Shown: one piece after another, positions 49,858-59,734 of the stretch
Position numbering within the stretch: the stretch's first letter is position 1
Layout of the letters: the number at the start of each line of letters is the position of its first letter
Origin: an uncultured Muribaculaceae bacterium
GTDB lineage: Bacteria; Cyanobacteriota; Vampirovibrionia; Gastranaerophilales; Gastranaerophilaceae
NCBI GenBank assembly: GCA_964626145.1
Contig: CAZVBZ010000004.1
Coordinates: 23,235-87,234, forward strand
DNA: 64,000 nt
Direction: 5' to 3'
The notes under the pieces: generated by a model
The model's database searches: none
The model's input: the letters and a program-made list of their open reading frames with translations, nothing else
Told to the model about the DNA's origin: nothing
Translations under genes and position numbers: made by a program

Positions 49858-51642
49858 ATGCAAATTACATCAATGAAAAGTCACAAATGCGGCGATTTAA
49901 GAGGAAAAAATGTTAAAGAAAAAGTTAAACTTTCTGGCTGGGTTTCAACTATTCGCGACCTGGGTGGAATTATTTTTATTGAACTTAGAGACCGTTCGGG
50001 GTTTTTCCAAATAGTTGCCGACCCTCAAATTAATCCAGATGTTCACAAAGTTTTTGAAACATTAAAAAATGAGTACGTAATAACCGTTGAAGGTATTGTT
50101 TCAATTCGTCCAGAAGAAACATTTAACCCTAAATATCCAACCGGTGAAGTAGAAATGTATCCAGAAAGCGTTATTGTTCTTTCTAAATCCGAAACACTTC
50201 CTTTTGTTTTGGAGGATGAAAATGTTTCAGAAGATGTGCGCTTAAAATATCGTTATTTAGACATCAGACGTGATTCAATGTTGAGTAAACTTAAATTGCG
50301 TCACAAAATAGTTTCAGCAATTAGAAATTATTTGAATAATCAAGATTTTATGGAGGTTGAAACACCTATTCTTATAAATACAAGTCCAGAAGGTGCTAGA
50401 GACTACCTGGTTCCATCCAGAGTGCATGAAGGCAAATTTTATGCATTGCCACAATCACCACAAATTTTTAAACAACTTTTGATGGTTGGTGGAATTGAAA
50501 AATATTATCAAATTGCAAAATGTTTCCGTGATGAGGATCTTCGAGCAGACAGACAACCTGAATTTACGCAAGTTGATATGGAAATGTCTTTTGTAAATCA
50601 GGATGATATTATCAGTATGGTTGAAGGACTTATTGTAGAGGCGTTTAAGCAAGCAGAAGTTGATGTTAAGCCTCCATTCAAGCGTATAACTTACAAAGAA
50701 GCAATGGAAAAATACGGTTCTGACAAGCCTGATACTCGTTTTGGTATGGAACTTTTTGATATATCAGATATCCTTATAAATTCAAGTTTTGACGCAATAA
50801 AAGATGTTCTTCAAACTGGTGGAACGGCTCGTGCGCTAAAAGTTGAAGGTATTGCGAATTACTCAAGAAAAGAGATGGATGATATAAGAAGTCTTGCAAT
50901 TTCTTTTGGCGCAAAAGGTCTTGCTTGGGTAACGTTTATGGAAGATGGAACTGTTAAATCCCCAATACTTAAATTCCTTAATGAAGAACAAATCGCTGAG
51001 TTTAAAGCGAAAGCAGATGCTAAAGATGGGGATATAGTATTTTTACTTGCAGACAAGCCAAAACTTGTTTTTGATGTACTTGGAAGATTAAGACTTCATT
51101 TTGGTGAAAAACTTGGTTTTATTGACAAAGCAGCTCATGACCTTTTGTGGGTTGTCGATTTTCCTATGTTTGAATATTCGGAAGAAGAACAACGCTTTAT
51201 GTCTGTTCACCACCCATTTACATCGCCAAATTTGGAGGATGTCGACAAAATGGAAACCGACCCCGGCAGTTGCCGCTCAATTGCTTATGATATTATTTAT
51301 AACGGAAACGAACTTGGTGGCGGTAGTGTAAGAATTCATGACAGTGAATTGCAAGAACGTGTTTTTAAAGCGCTCGGCTTGAGCGAACAAGACGTTAAAG
51401 AAAAATTTGAATATCTTGTAAACGCTTTCAAATTTGGTACGCCGCCGCATGCCGGTCTTGCAATCGGTCTCGATAGATTGGTTGCTTTACTTGCAAGAAC
51501 AGACAGCATTCGTGATGTTATTGCGTTCCCCAAAAATTCAAACGCAAAATGTTTGATGACCGATGCTCCGGGACATGCTTCAGAAGAACAACTTCGAGAG
51601 CTGCATCTTAAATTGAGAGAACGCCCAATGGCAAATAAATAA
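49858..51642 (+). CDS. aspS: aspartate--tRNA ligase
   Basis: Class II aaRS motifs plus an anticodon-binding OB fold; start trimmed from the table ORF (49798) to MQITSMKSHKCGDLRG. Confidence 0.95.
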   Translation: MQITSMKSHKCGDLRGKNVKEKVKLSGWVSTIRDLGGIIFIELRDRSGFFQIVADPQINPDVHKVFETLKNEYVITVEGIVSIRPEETFNPKYPTGEVEMYPESVIVLSKSETLPFVLEDENVSEDVRLKYRYLDIRRDSMLSKLKLRHKIVSAIRNYLNNQDFMEVETPILINTSPEGARDYLVPSRVHEGKFYALPQSPQIFKQLLMVGGIEKYYQIAKCFRDEDLRADRQPEFTQVDMEMSFVNQDDIISMVEGLIVEAFKQAEVDVKPPFKRITYKEAMEKYGSDKPDTRFGMELFDISDILINSSFDAIKDVLQTGGTARALKVEGIANYSRKEMDDIRSLAISFGAKGLAWVTFMEDGTVKSPILKFLNEEQIAEFKAKADAKDGDIVFLLADKPKLVFDVLGRLRLHFGEKLGFIDKAAHDLLWVVDFPMFEYSEEEQRFMSVHHPFTSPNLEDVDKMETDPGSCRSIAYDIIYNGNELGGGSVRIHDSELQERVFKALGLSEQDVKEKFEYLVNAFKFGTPPHAGLAIGLDRLVALLARTDSIRDVIAFPKNSNAKCLMTDAPGHASEEQLRELHLKLRERPMANK

Positions 51643-51666
51643 TAAATGTTACAAATTTTAAAATAC

Positions 51667-51693
51667 AAGCGGAGAGCCAATCTCCGCTTTTTA
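51667..51693 (+). terminator. rho-independent terminator after aspS
   Basis: aagcggagag/tctccgcttt hairpin plus T5. Confidence 0.7.
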
Positions 51694-51910
51694 TTGGAGA
51701 AGAATATTAAGAAATGTTAAAAAATACCACGTATTTATATAAAATTAATCAATTTTTTATATATTCTTGTTTTTATATAAATGTAAGACATAAATCGGTT
51801 AAGAACCACAAAATATAATATTCTGAGGAATAAAAGAGAGTTTTTTCACACACCACACACTTCACACACTTCACACACAGCGAGGAATGTAAATAAAATT
51901 TCATTCCAAA

Positions 51911-51941
51911 GGGCCAAAATTAAAAATGGCTCTTTTTTTTT
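51911..51941 (+). terminator. terminator-like hairpin plus T9 in the typA leader region
   Basis: gggcca/tggctc stem (one G-U pair), 10-nt loop, nine T. Confidence 0.45.
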
Positions 51942-52015
51942 GCAATAAAATATGTTTTATAGAAAATATTTGTTGTATTATGTTTACGTAACCCCACGCC
52001 GAACAGGATAAAAAA

Positions 52016-53815
52016 ATGAATAACGAAAAAATTAGAAATATAGCAATAATTGCGCACGTAGACCACGGTAAAACTACAATGGTTGATTGTATGCTTAAAC
52101 AGAGTGGCGTTTTTAGAGAAAATCAAGTTGTCCAAGAACGTGTTCTTGATAGCAACGACCTTGAAAAAGAACGCGGCATAACAATTTTGTCAAAAAATAT
52201 TGCAATTAATTACAAAGATTACAAAATAAATGTTGTAGATACCCCTGGGCACGCGGATTTCGGTGGAGAAGTCGAACGCGTACTCGGAATGGTTGATGGT
52301 GCACTTTTGATTGTTGATGCAGCAGAGGGTCCTATGCCGCAAACGCGGTTTGTGCTTTCAAAAGCACTTGAACTCGGCATCAGAGTTCTTGTTGTAGTAA
52401 ACAAAATTGACAAACCTGCTGCAGAACCTCACAAAGCGTTGGATAAAGTTTTTGATTTGTTTACTGAACTAACGACAGATGAATATTTACTTGATTTTCC
52501 ATATATATTCGCTAGCAGTTTACATGGTTTTGCCAAAAAAGAATTGGAAGATGACTCAAAAGACATAACACCGCTTTTAGACGCAATTATTGAATATATT
52601 AAGCCACCGGTTGGTGATGCAAGTGCCCAGTTACAATTTCAGGCAACAACGCTTGATTATAATGAATATGTTGGACGAATAGTTACAGGTAGACTTGTGA
52701 ATGGTAAAATTAAATCTCAAGAGCAAGTTTCTCTTATTAAAACTGATGGTTCGGTTGAACGTGGAAAAATTGCAAAACTTTATGGTTTTGAGGATTTAGG
52801 GCGTGTTGAAATTCAAGAGGCGTCTGCTGGCGATATTGTTGCAATTGCTGGTTTCCCAGATATACAGATAGGAGAAACGATTTCAACATTAAATGATCCT
52901 AAAGCGTTGCCGTTGATTAAAGTTGATGAACCAACATTGCAAATGAATTTTTCTGTAAACAATAGCCCCTTTGCAGGAACAGAAGGAAAATTTGTAACTA
53001 GTCGTCAAATTAGAAAAAGACTTTATCACGAGCTTGAAAAAAATGTCAGTCTTCGTGTTGAAGACACAGATAGCACTGATGTTTTTAAAGTTAGTGGTCG
53101 TGGTGAACTCCATTTGAGTATTCTTATTGAAACAATGAGACGTGAGGGATATGAGTTTCAAGTTTCAAAACCACAAGTAATTTTTAAAACAATAGACGAA
53201 GTTTATTGCGAACCTTTTGAAAATCTTGTTGTGGATGTTCCAGAGGAATATGCAGGTAGTTGTATTGAACGATTAGCGGGAAGAAAAGCCGAAATGCAGT
53301 CTATGCAGGTTTCGGGTAATCGCTCTCATATGACGTTTGTAATTCCGGCAAGAGGGTTAATTGGATTTAGGAGCGAATTTATTAGAATGACTCGTGGTGA
53401 GGGCATTATGTACCATACTTACAACGATTATAAGCCATACGCTGGCGATATTCCTCGACAAAGGAATGGTTCCCTTGTGGCTTTTGAAGATGGTGAGGCA
53501 ATTCCTTACGCATTGGCGCAATTTGAGGACCGTGGTGTATTCTTTATTACCCCGAAAACAAAAGTATACAGAGGGATGATTGTTGGAGAATGCAACCGAC
53601 TGCAAGATATTGCTATAAACGTATGTAAAACAAAAAAATTAACCAACATGAGAAGTGCAACCGCCGATGTAATGGTAACACTGCAAGCTCCTCGGCTTAT
53701 GTCGCTCGAGGATTGTCTTGAATATATTGAGGACGATGAACTTGTAGAAATTACACCCGAAAATGTTAGAATTAGGAAAGCTAATTTGGTTAAAATTACA
53801 TCAAAATTAAATTAA
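52016..53815 (+). CDS. typA: translational GTPase TypA/BipA
   Basis: GTP-binding motifs ([18 protein letters not shown]) and the BipA C-terminal domain. Confidence 0.95.
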   Translation: MNNEKIRNIAIIAHVDHGKTTMVDCMLKQSGVFRENQVVQERVLDSNDLEKERGITILSKNIAINYKDYKINVVDTPGHADFGGEVERVLGMVDGALLIVDAAEGPMPQTRFVLSKALELGIRVLVVVNKIDKPAAEPHKALDKVFDLFTELTTDEYLLDFPYIFASSLHGFAKKELEDDSKDITPLLDAIIEYIKPPVGDASAQLQFQATTLDYNEYVGRIVTGRLVNGKIKSQEQVSLIKTDGSVERGKIAKLYGFEDLGRVEIQEASAGDIVAIAGFPDIQIGETISTLNDPKALPLIKVDEPTLQMNFSVNNSPFAGTEGKFVTSRQIRKRLYHELEKNVSLRVEDTDSTDVFKVSGRGELHLSILIETMRREGYEFQVSKPQVIFKTIDEVYCEPFENLVVDVPEEYAGSCIERLAGRKAEMQSMQVSGNRSHMTFVIPARGLIGFRSEFIRMTRGEGIMYHTYNDYKPYAGDIPRQRNGSLVAFEDGEAIPYALAQFEDRGVFFITPKTKVYRGMIVGECNRLQDIAINVCKTKKLTNMRSATADVMVTLQAPRLMSLEDCLEYIEDDELVEITPENVRIRKANLVKITSKLN

Positions 53816-54060
53816 TCAAGGTTATCCTTTTCTTTTTGGGCTTCTTGAGAGTTTTCGTATTCTTCAAGAAACGCTGAGAGTGTCATGCCGAAATTTTTTG
53901 CAATTTTTGCCAAAAATCTAACATTAACATTTTGGGGCTTTGTTTCTACTCTGCTTAAGGTTGAAACTTCAACTTCTGAATCCAACGCAAAAGCGTTTAA
54001 AGAAATTTTCATTTCTTTCCGTTTACGTCTGATAAATTTTCCCACATTCACATATTGCAT
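53812..54060 (-). CDS. small HTH (XRE-like) DNA-binding protein, paralog B
   Basis: MQYVNVGKFIRRKRKEMKISLNAFALDSEVEVSTLSRVETKPQ...; ~55% identical to paralog A at 18702-18935. Confidence 0.5.
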   Translation of the reverse strand: MQYVNVGKFIRRKRKEMKISLNAFALDSEVEVSTLSRVETKPQNVNVRFLAKIAKNFGMTLSAFLEEYENSQEAQKEKDNLD

Positions 54061-54123
54061 AAATGTAATTGTGAAGGATAAACAAAAAGATTTCATTACA
54101 TTTTTGCAAAACTATATAAATAT

Positions 54124-54696
54124 TTAAATTTCTGGTGAAATTGCCCCTTGTCTTAATATTTTTAGTGAACCGTCAATATACATTAGTACGGTTGATTCTA
54201 AGCCTTTAGCAGAATTTGAAACGTCAGGAACGACATAATCAACAAATTTGCCAATAAAATTAACTGCTTCTCTGTAATTTTTTGCAGATGGTAATCCAGA
54301 AAGGTTTGCACTAGTTGTTGCAAGTACATGTCCATCTATGTTTTCACAAATTTTTACAAAAACGTCGTTGTTGGGAACTCTGATACCAACTGTAGGCATG
54401 CCAGACGTTATAAAAAGGGGTGTTTTTTCCGATTTTTTTGTTACTAATGTTAATGCGCCAGGAAAATATTTTGCAACAAGATTTTTTTCTACTGATGTTA
54501 ATTCGCCAATGTAGGGCAAAAGGTTGTCTATTGAATTAGACATAAGGATTAACGGTTTTGCGCGGTCTCGACCTTTTAGTTCATAGATTCTGTCAACGGC
54601 TGTTTTGTTTTCTGGTAAACACCCTACGCCCCAGACGGTATCTGTTACAAATGAAATAATTCCGTTATTTTTAAGGATTTCATTTATTTTTTCCAT
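54124..54696 (-). CDS. tsaC: L-threonylcarbamoyladenylate synthase (YrdC/TsaC family)
   Basis: YrdC-domain similarity (FVTDTVWGVGC...). Confidence 0.8.
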   Translation of the reverse strand: MEKINEILKNNGIISFVTDTVWGVGCLPENKTAVDRIYELKGRDRAKPLILMSNSIDNLLPYIGELTSVEKNLVAKYFPGALTLVTKKSEKTPLFITSGMPTVGIRVPNNDVFVKICENIDGHVLATTSANLSGLPSAKNYREAVNFIGKFVDYVVPDVSNSAKGLESTVLMYIDGSLKILRQGAISPEI

Positions 54697-56267
54697 TTTG
54701 CAATAATCCTATTTAATAATTCATAAGCGTATTCAATTTTAAACAATAAAACTAATCCCCCATAAACCAAGCTAATGAACACAAGCATAACAAAAAGGTT
54801 AATTATTAAGGGGAAATTAACTGGTTCAAGAGCTTTGTAAAGTCCAAAACAAATTCCATATGTCAAAATTGCAATAGCAAACATTTTTAATAAATCGATA
54901 AAATATTTTCTAAACCCAATATTTATTTTTTTGCGGATAAAATAACCAAGAACCGCCGCATTCCACAATGTTACAAGCGAAGTAGAAAGAGTAATTCCGC
55001 CAATACCAAGCCGTGGAACCATAAACCAATTTAAAATAAATTTTAGTACAATTGAAGCAAAGGCAACGTAAAAAGGCGTTTTAGAGTCATTAAAAGCGTA
55101 ATAAACTCTTGTAATTGAATCTCTAAAAACATACGGTAGAAGCGACACAGATAAAAAGATTAAGGCTTCTGAAACCATAAACGTTGCGTCAGAACCAAAT
55201 GCGCCCCGTTCAAAGACAAATTTTATACCATCATGTCCAAGAAGAATAATTGCAATTAAAATTGGAAAACTTGCAAAATTAAGCAACCCAACACCTTTAT
55301 TAAAATAATATTTTATTCCCTCAAAATCTTTTTCCGCTACCAGTCTTGAAAATAAAGGAAACAAGGGAACGAGGAATGCCGTTACAAGTATTCCTACTGG
55401 AAATTGAAAAATTCTATTTGCGTAACCAATAGAGGACCAGGCGCCTTCTTTTAATGAGGATGCAAAAAACATATCCACGTAAATATGAATTTGTCCTACT
55501 GTAGAGCTTAAAATTGCAGGAAAAAGTAATTCTAGAATATTTTTAAATTGTTGATTATTAAAAAAATCAAAATTTGGTCTAAACCTAAACCCAAGCCGTC
55601 TTATTTTGGGTAGCTGAAATAAAAACTGGCAAAATGCGCCAACCGTAGTTGCCACGGCAAGCATTGTACCGTTTGTGTCGTTTTTAGCGAGGGCAATAAT
55701 TATAATTATTGCCAAACTCATTAAAATTGGAGATATGTTTGGTATCATGAATTTTTTATACGAAACAAGAATTCCATAATAAATTCCGACAACTCCACCG
55801 ATTATAAAGACGGGTGACATTATTTTTAAATGTTGCGAGGCAAGATTTACAAGAGCTGGAGAACCGTTGGAAATTATTACCTGCATAATAACGTCTGAAA
55901 AAGTGAAAATTAAAACACCGAGAGCGACAAAAACAATTAAAGTTGCTGTTAAAAAGGTGTTAAACAATTTATTTAAACGTGCATCAGCGCAATTACTACC
56001 CTGTGGAATAAGTTTTGAAAAAACGCTCACAACGGCACTATGAAAAGGACCACCGACTCCACCTAGCAAAATCAAAGCCAAAGATGGAATTTGATAAGCA
56101 TAAAAATAAGAGTCTGAGACTAACCCGGCACCATAAAAATTTGCGATTACTATGTCTCTTAAAAAACCTACTAATTTGCTTATTACGATAACTACTGCTA
56201 TCATCCAGGCAGATTTTAAAAGACTTTCTGTTTTGTCAACAGAGTTATTTTGCATTTTTACTTCCAT
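54684..56267 (-). CDS. murJ: lipid II flippase MurJ
   Basis: MviN/MurJ family; 14 predicted TM helices. Confidence 0.9.
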   Translation of the reverse strand: MEVKMQNNSVDKTESLLKSAWMIAVVIVISKLVGFLRDIVIANFYGAGLVSDSYFYAYQIPSLALILLGGVGGPFHSAVVSVFSKLIPQGSNCADARLNKLFNTFLTATLIVFVALGVLIFTFSDVIMQVIISNGSPALVNLASQHLKIMSPVFIIGGVVGIYYGILVSYKKFMIPNISPILMSLAIIIIIALAKNDTNGTMLAVATTVGAFCQFLFQLPKIRRLGFRFRPNFDFFNNQQFKNILELLFPAILSSTVGQIHIYVDMFFASSLKEGAWSSIGYANRIFQFPVGILVTAFLVPLFPLFSRLVAEKDFEGIKYYFNKGVGLLNFASFPILIAIILLGHDGIKFVFERGAFGSDATFMVSEALIFLSVSLLPYVFRDSITRVYYAFNDSKTPFYVAFASIVLKFILNWFMVPRLGIGGITLSTSLVTLWNAAVLGYFIRKKINIGFRKYFIDLLKMFAIAILTYGICFGLYKALEPVNFPLIINLFVMLVFISLVYGGLVLLFKIEYAYELLNRIIAKWKK

Positions 56268-57888
56268 ACAATTCGATATACACCTTAACTGGTTTACACT
56301 TATTATTATCTAAAGGATAAAAGAAATATACCTTGTTGTCACCTAAATTTAAGTATTGTGAAATATCAACAAAATATTTTTTACTTAAACTTGGTTGCAT
56401 TTTTAAATCAAATTCTTTTCCGTTTATTACTACTTTAAGCTCTGAGTACCCAAAATGATTTTCAACAACTATTTTGGCATGTTTTTGGGTTAGATTAAAA
56501 TCAAATAAAGCGGCATTTTTATCAGCTTCGCAAGAAAGCGCTATTGGTAAAAGTACTATATTTGTACCGGAATAATAATGTTGGAAAATTTCATCAAAAG
56601 TTTTACCTTCTTTTGCCATTGCGCCGGCACCAAACTGGCTCATTCCAACTCCATGTCCATATCCGCCGCCAAAAGCGGTTATATTAGTAAGTTCTCCGTT
56701 TTCAAATTCTTGTTCAAAAACGGCATTTGCGCTTGGAAGTGCTTTGCCTTTTTCTTTAAAAAGTCTTCTTATTGTTAATTCTTTTTCAACTTTGAATATT
56801 TCTTTATCTGTAATAATTTCCATTGAAACTATTTTTCCAGAATCGCCACGTTTTGTAACTTTTATTTCTTTAAGTGAACCAAAATCTTCTGGATTTTTCA
56901 GTTCCGGTGAGCAATAACCCGTTTTATAAGCTGCCTGTAAACCTGATTTTAAAACCATCTCAAGTTCTTCTTTTGTCCAATGTTTTTGCCACCTAAAATA
57001 TGGTGAGTCATTGTCGTAAGTTTTAGGTGTAGATTTATAAAAATTCAGTGCTTTTTGCTCCGTTTCAAGAGAAGGTGTTTTTTCGTTGTCAGGAATAGCT
57101 TTTAGATATGGGTATATTTCAGATTTTTTGGGCAAAAAAGCATTATCGTAACTTTCTGTATATCCGCCGGCGGTTGAGCTATAAAGAGCTAAAATCAAAT
57201 CATTTTCGTATAAACCAACCATTCCTCTTGTTTCTTTCACTGCTCGTGTAGCAAAATCAGACTCGGTGTTTGCCCCAAAATAAACCTGACATGCAACGCT
57301 ATCGCACACATCAAACTCGTGATATTTTCGTTCGCGCGGACGGAGCGTATAGTTTCTAGCGGCAATTGCTTGAACTTTTAATGCTTCTATACCAAATCTT
57401 ACTGGCATTTCATTTGGAACAACGCCCAAAAGATATGTTTCAAGATTGAGTATGTTGTTTGTCAGAAACATGTTTTCTTTATTTTGAGGTTTTACAAGCT
57501 CTATTTTCCCTCGGTACAAAGCTGGTTTTCCAGCACGTTTAAGGTTATAAATTCCAAGTAATCCGTCTTGTTCCGTGCTTAAAACTAATGGTGGTTTAAT
57601 GGAGCTAGCTAAAAGTTTGTCGTTTTCATATACGTTAAAGAGATTATCTTTGATTGTAATTTTTACAGGAATTTGTGCAGAAAACTCTTTAACAATGTTG
57701 CCGGATGATTTTTCTGTTAAAGTTAGTTTTTTTGTTGCGTAGAATACGTTTTCAGAATAATAATACCGTTGAAAACTGTTGTCGCTAATTCCGACACTAA
57801 TAATCGGATTTGTTGTGACAGGAGCTGCTATTGCTGCGGCAGTTCCTAAAAAAAACGATAACAAACAAAGTATAAATTTTTGTTTCAT
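56245..57888 (-). CDS. SpoIID/LytB-domain protein
   Basis: Signal peptide plus a C-terminal SpoIID amidase-enhancer domain. Confidence 0.7.
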   Translation of the reverse strand: MKQKFILCLLSFFLGTAAAIAAPVTTNPIISVGISDNSFQRYYYSENVFYATKKLTLTEKSSGNIVKEFSAQIPVKITIKDNLFNVYENDKLLASSIKPPLVLSTEQDGLLGIYNLKRAGKPALYRGKIELVKPQNKENMFLTNNILNLETYLLGVVPNEMPVRFGIEALKVQAIAARNYTLRPRERKYHEFDVCDSVACQVYFGANTESDFATRAVKETRGMVGLYENDLILALYSSTAGGYTESYDNAFLPKKSEIYPYLKAIPDNEKTPSLETEQKALNFYKSTPKTYDNDSPYFRWQKHWTKEELEMVLKSGLQAAYKTGYCSPELKNPEDFGSLKEIKVTKRGDSGKIVSMEIITDKEIFKVEKELTIRRLFKEKGKALPSANAVFEQEFENGELTNITAFGGGYGHGVGMSQFGAGAMAKEGKTFDEIFQHYYSGTNIVLLPIALSCEADKNAALFDFNLTQKHAKIVVENHFGYSELKVVINGKEFDLKMQPSLSKKYFVDISQYLNLGDNKVYFFYPLDNNKCKPVKVYIELYGSKNAK

Positions 57889-57921
57889 AACTTGTTTATA
57901 TTAAAACAAACAAATAAAAAT

Positions 57922-58263
57922 TTATACAACTTTAAACTTACGGTTTTTGAATTCTAGCGTTTTAATAATGCTGCTTTCTTCATTTGGATAAATATTAAAA
58001 CTTTTGTCATAATTAAGCAAATTAATCGCCGCAAAAACCTCTGCCTCCAAATTACACAATGAAATTTTATTTGTTTTTGTAATTTTTTTTAAAAATTTTA
58101 AAGTTGTGTTTTTAATTTTTGATACCCCGGAAAGATTGACAATAAAAGACTTTTCTGGGCGTAGCATTATGTGTGTCAAAACATTATTAACATCTTCAAT
58201 GTTAAATTCTTCTAACATACAATTAAATATTAAATTTTCTTCATATTCTTTAATATGAAGCAT
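57922..58263 (-). CDS. STAS-domain protein (anti-sigma-factor-antagonist-like)
   Basis: 113 aa with a SpoIIAA-like pattern (FIVNLSGVSKIKNTTLKFL...). Confidence 0.45.
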   Translation of the reverse strand: MLHIKEYEENLIFNCMLEEFNIEDVNNVLTHIMLRPEKSFIVNLSGVSKIKNTTLKFLKKITKTNKISLCNLEAEVFAAINLLNYDKSFNIYPNEESSIIKTLEFKNRKFKVV

Positions 58264-58517
58264 CGCCTAATCCAAATTAATAATACGTTACTGTTTACAA
58301 TACTATTTTAACAATATTTTTAATTTATTAATATTGGCTATTAGTTCAAATTTTTTAAAACTAAAGTTTAATAAAAGAATAAATATTTTTATATTGTTAT
58401 GTTGTCCAAAAATCCAGAAAATTACCTCAAATTTATTATTCTAACCTTTAAAACGACCTTATGGGTAATGATTGTTTTTATTAACAAATAAAAAATAAAA
58501 AGAAAAAGGAGAAAATA

Positions 58518-59093
58518 ATGAAACATTCAGTACAAGGTAGTGAAACAGAAAAAAACCTTATGATGGCTTTTGCCGGAGAATCTCAAGCTAGAAATCGTTA
58601 TACATATTACGCTTCAAAAGCAAAAAAAGAAGGCTATTTGCAACTCTCTAATATATTTTTAGAAACAGCAGAAAACGAAAAGGCTCATGCAAAAGTTTTT
58701 TTGGAATATCTAGAAAATGAGCCAGTAGCTATAACGGCAAAATTTATGACAGGTTTAAAAGATACAAAGGAAAATTTGACATTTGCAATCGAAGGAGAAC
58801 ACGAAGAAAATTCAAAGCTTTATCCATATTTTGCAGAAGTTGCTGAGAGCGAAGGTTTTTCAGATATTGCAGAGTCGTTCAAACATGTTGCAGAAGTAGA
58901 AAAATTTCATCAGCAAAGATTTGAAAAATTGTTAGAAAATCTTGAACAAGACAAGGTTTTTAAAAAAGAAAATAAAGTCGAATGGATATGCTTAAACTGC
59001 GGTTTTCATGTAATTAGCAAAGAAGCCCCTCAAAAATGCCCTTCATGCAAACATCCACAAGATTTTTTTGAACTTTGGTGTGAGAATTATTAG
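58518..59093 (+). CDS. rbr: rubrerythrin
   Basis: Ferritin-like diiron E...ExxH motifs and a C-terminal rubredoxin-like CxxC...CxxC. Confidence 0.9.
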   Translation: MKHSVQGSETEKNLMMAFAGESQARNRYTYYASKAKKEGYLQLSNIFLETAENEKAHAKVFLEYLENEPVAITAKFMTGLKDTKENLTFAIEGEHEENSKLYPYFAEVAESEGFSDIAESFKHVAEVEKFHQQRFEKLLENLEQDKVFKKENKVEWICLNCGFHVISKEAPQKCPSCKHPQDFFELWCENY

Positions 59094-59138
59094 ACGTTGC
59101 AAATTGGTTTTTATTTACAAAAACCAATTTGTATTTTG

Positions 59139-59507
59139 TTACAAAGATACTTTGTAACCACCACCATTGTTATTGTAATGTACAACGGTTCGACTGGGTT
59201 TACAAGCTATGCAAGCATTAGAAAATTTCCCATTTACATAAATATTAACACTGCGACGTCCATCAAAATAATAATATTTTTTAGTTACCCCAGTATTTAA
59301 TTTCGATTTTATTAATCTGCCTGTTTTGTAAAACATTTCTCCATTTGGAATTTGAAGGCGGCCAGTAAACCCATTTTTACCATCAATAAGGGCTTTACCG
59401 TTTTTGAATGTTCCTATTTGCTTAAATGTATCAATATCAACTTTTTTAAAAAAATATTTAATGCAATTTAAACCGTTTTTACATATTTTATTTAAATTAA
59501 TTGTCAT
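59139..59507 (-). CDS. hypothetical protein with Gly/Lys-rich repeats
   Basis: ORF only; repeated KNGxxxG / NGxxF units. Confidence 0.3.
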   Translation of the reverse strand: MTINLNKICKNGLNCIKYFFKKVDIDTFKQIGTFKNGKALIDGKNGFTGRLQIPNGEMFYKTGRLIKSKLNTGVTKKYYYFDGRRSVNIYVNGKFSNACIACKPSRTVVHYNNNGGGYKVSL

Positions 59508-59734
59508 TACAAACTAACCTTTCTGTTTTTATACATGTAAATAAAAGCATATAAATACTAAAAATTGCTATTAATTTAAAAATTGCATTTAATATTTATT
59601 TACATTCATGGAATACAAAGTAGTAAAAAGAAAATATGTAAAAGCTTTATTTTCAAGAATTAGTGCCAGTGGTTTGCATTCAGGTGTTAAATATGCTATA
59701 CTCTTGGCTGGTTTAATTGATAAAAGGAGTTTTT

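Noticed and set aside
58264-58517. PerR/Fur box upstream of rubrerythrin
   Set aside because: The region is AT-rich with several imperfect TTATAAT-like segments, but no convincing 7-1-7 inverted repeat could be identified by eye.
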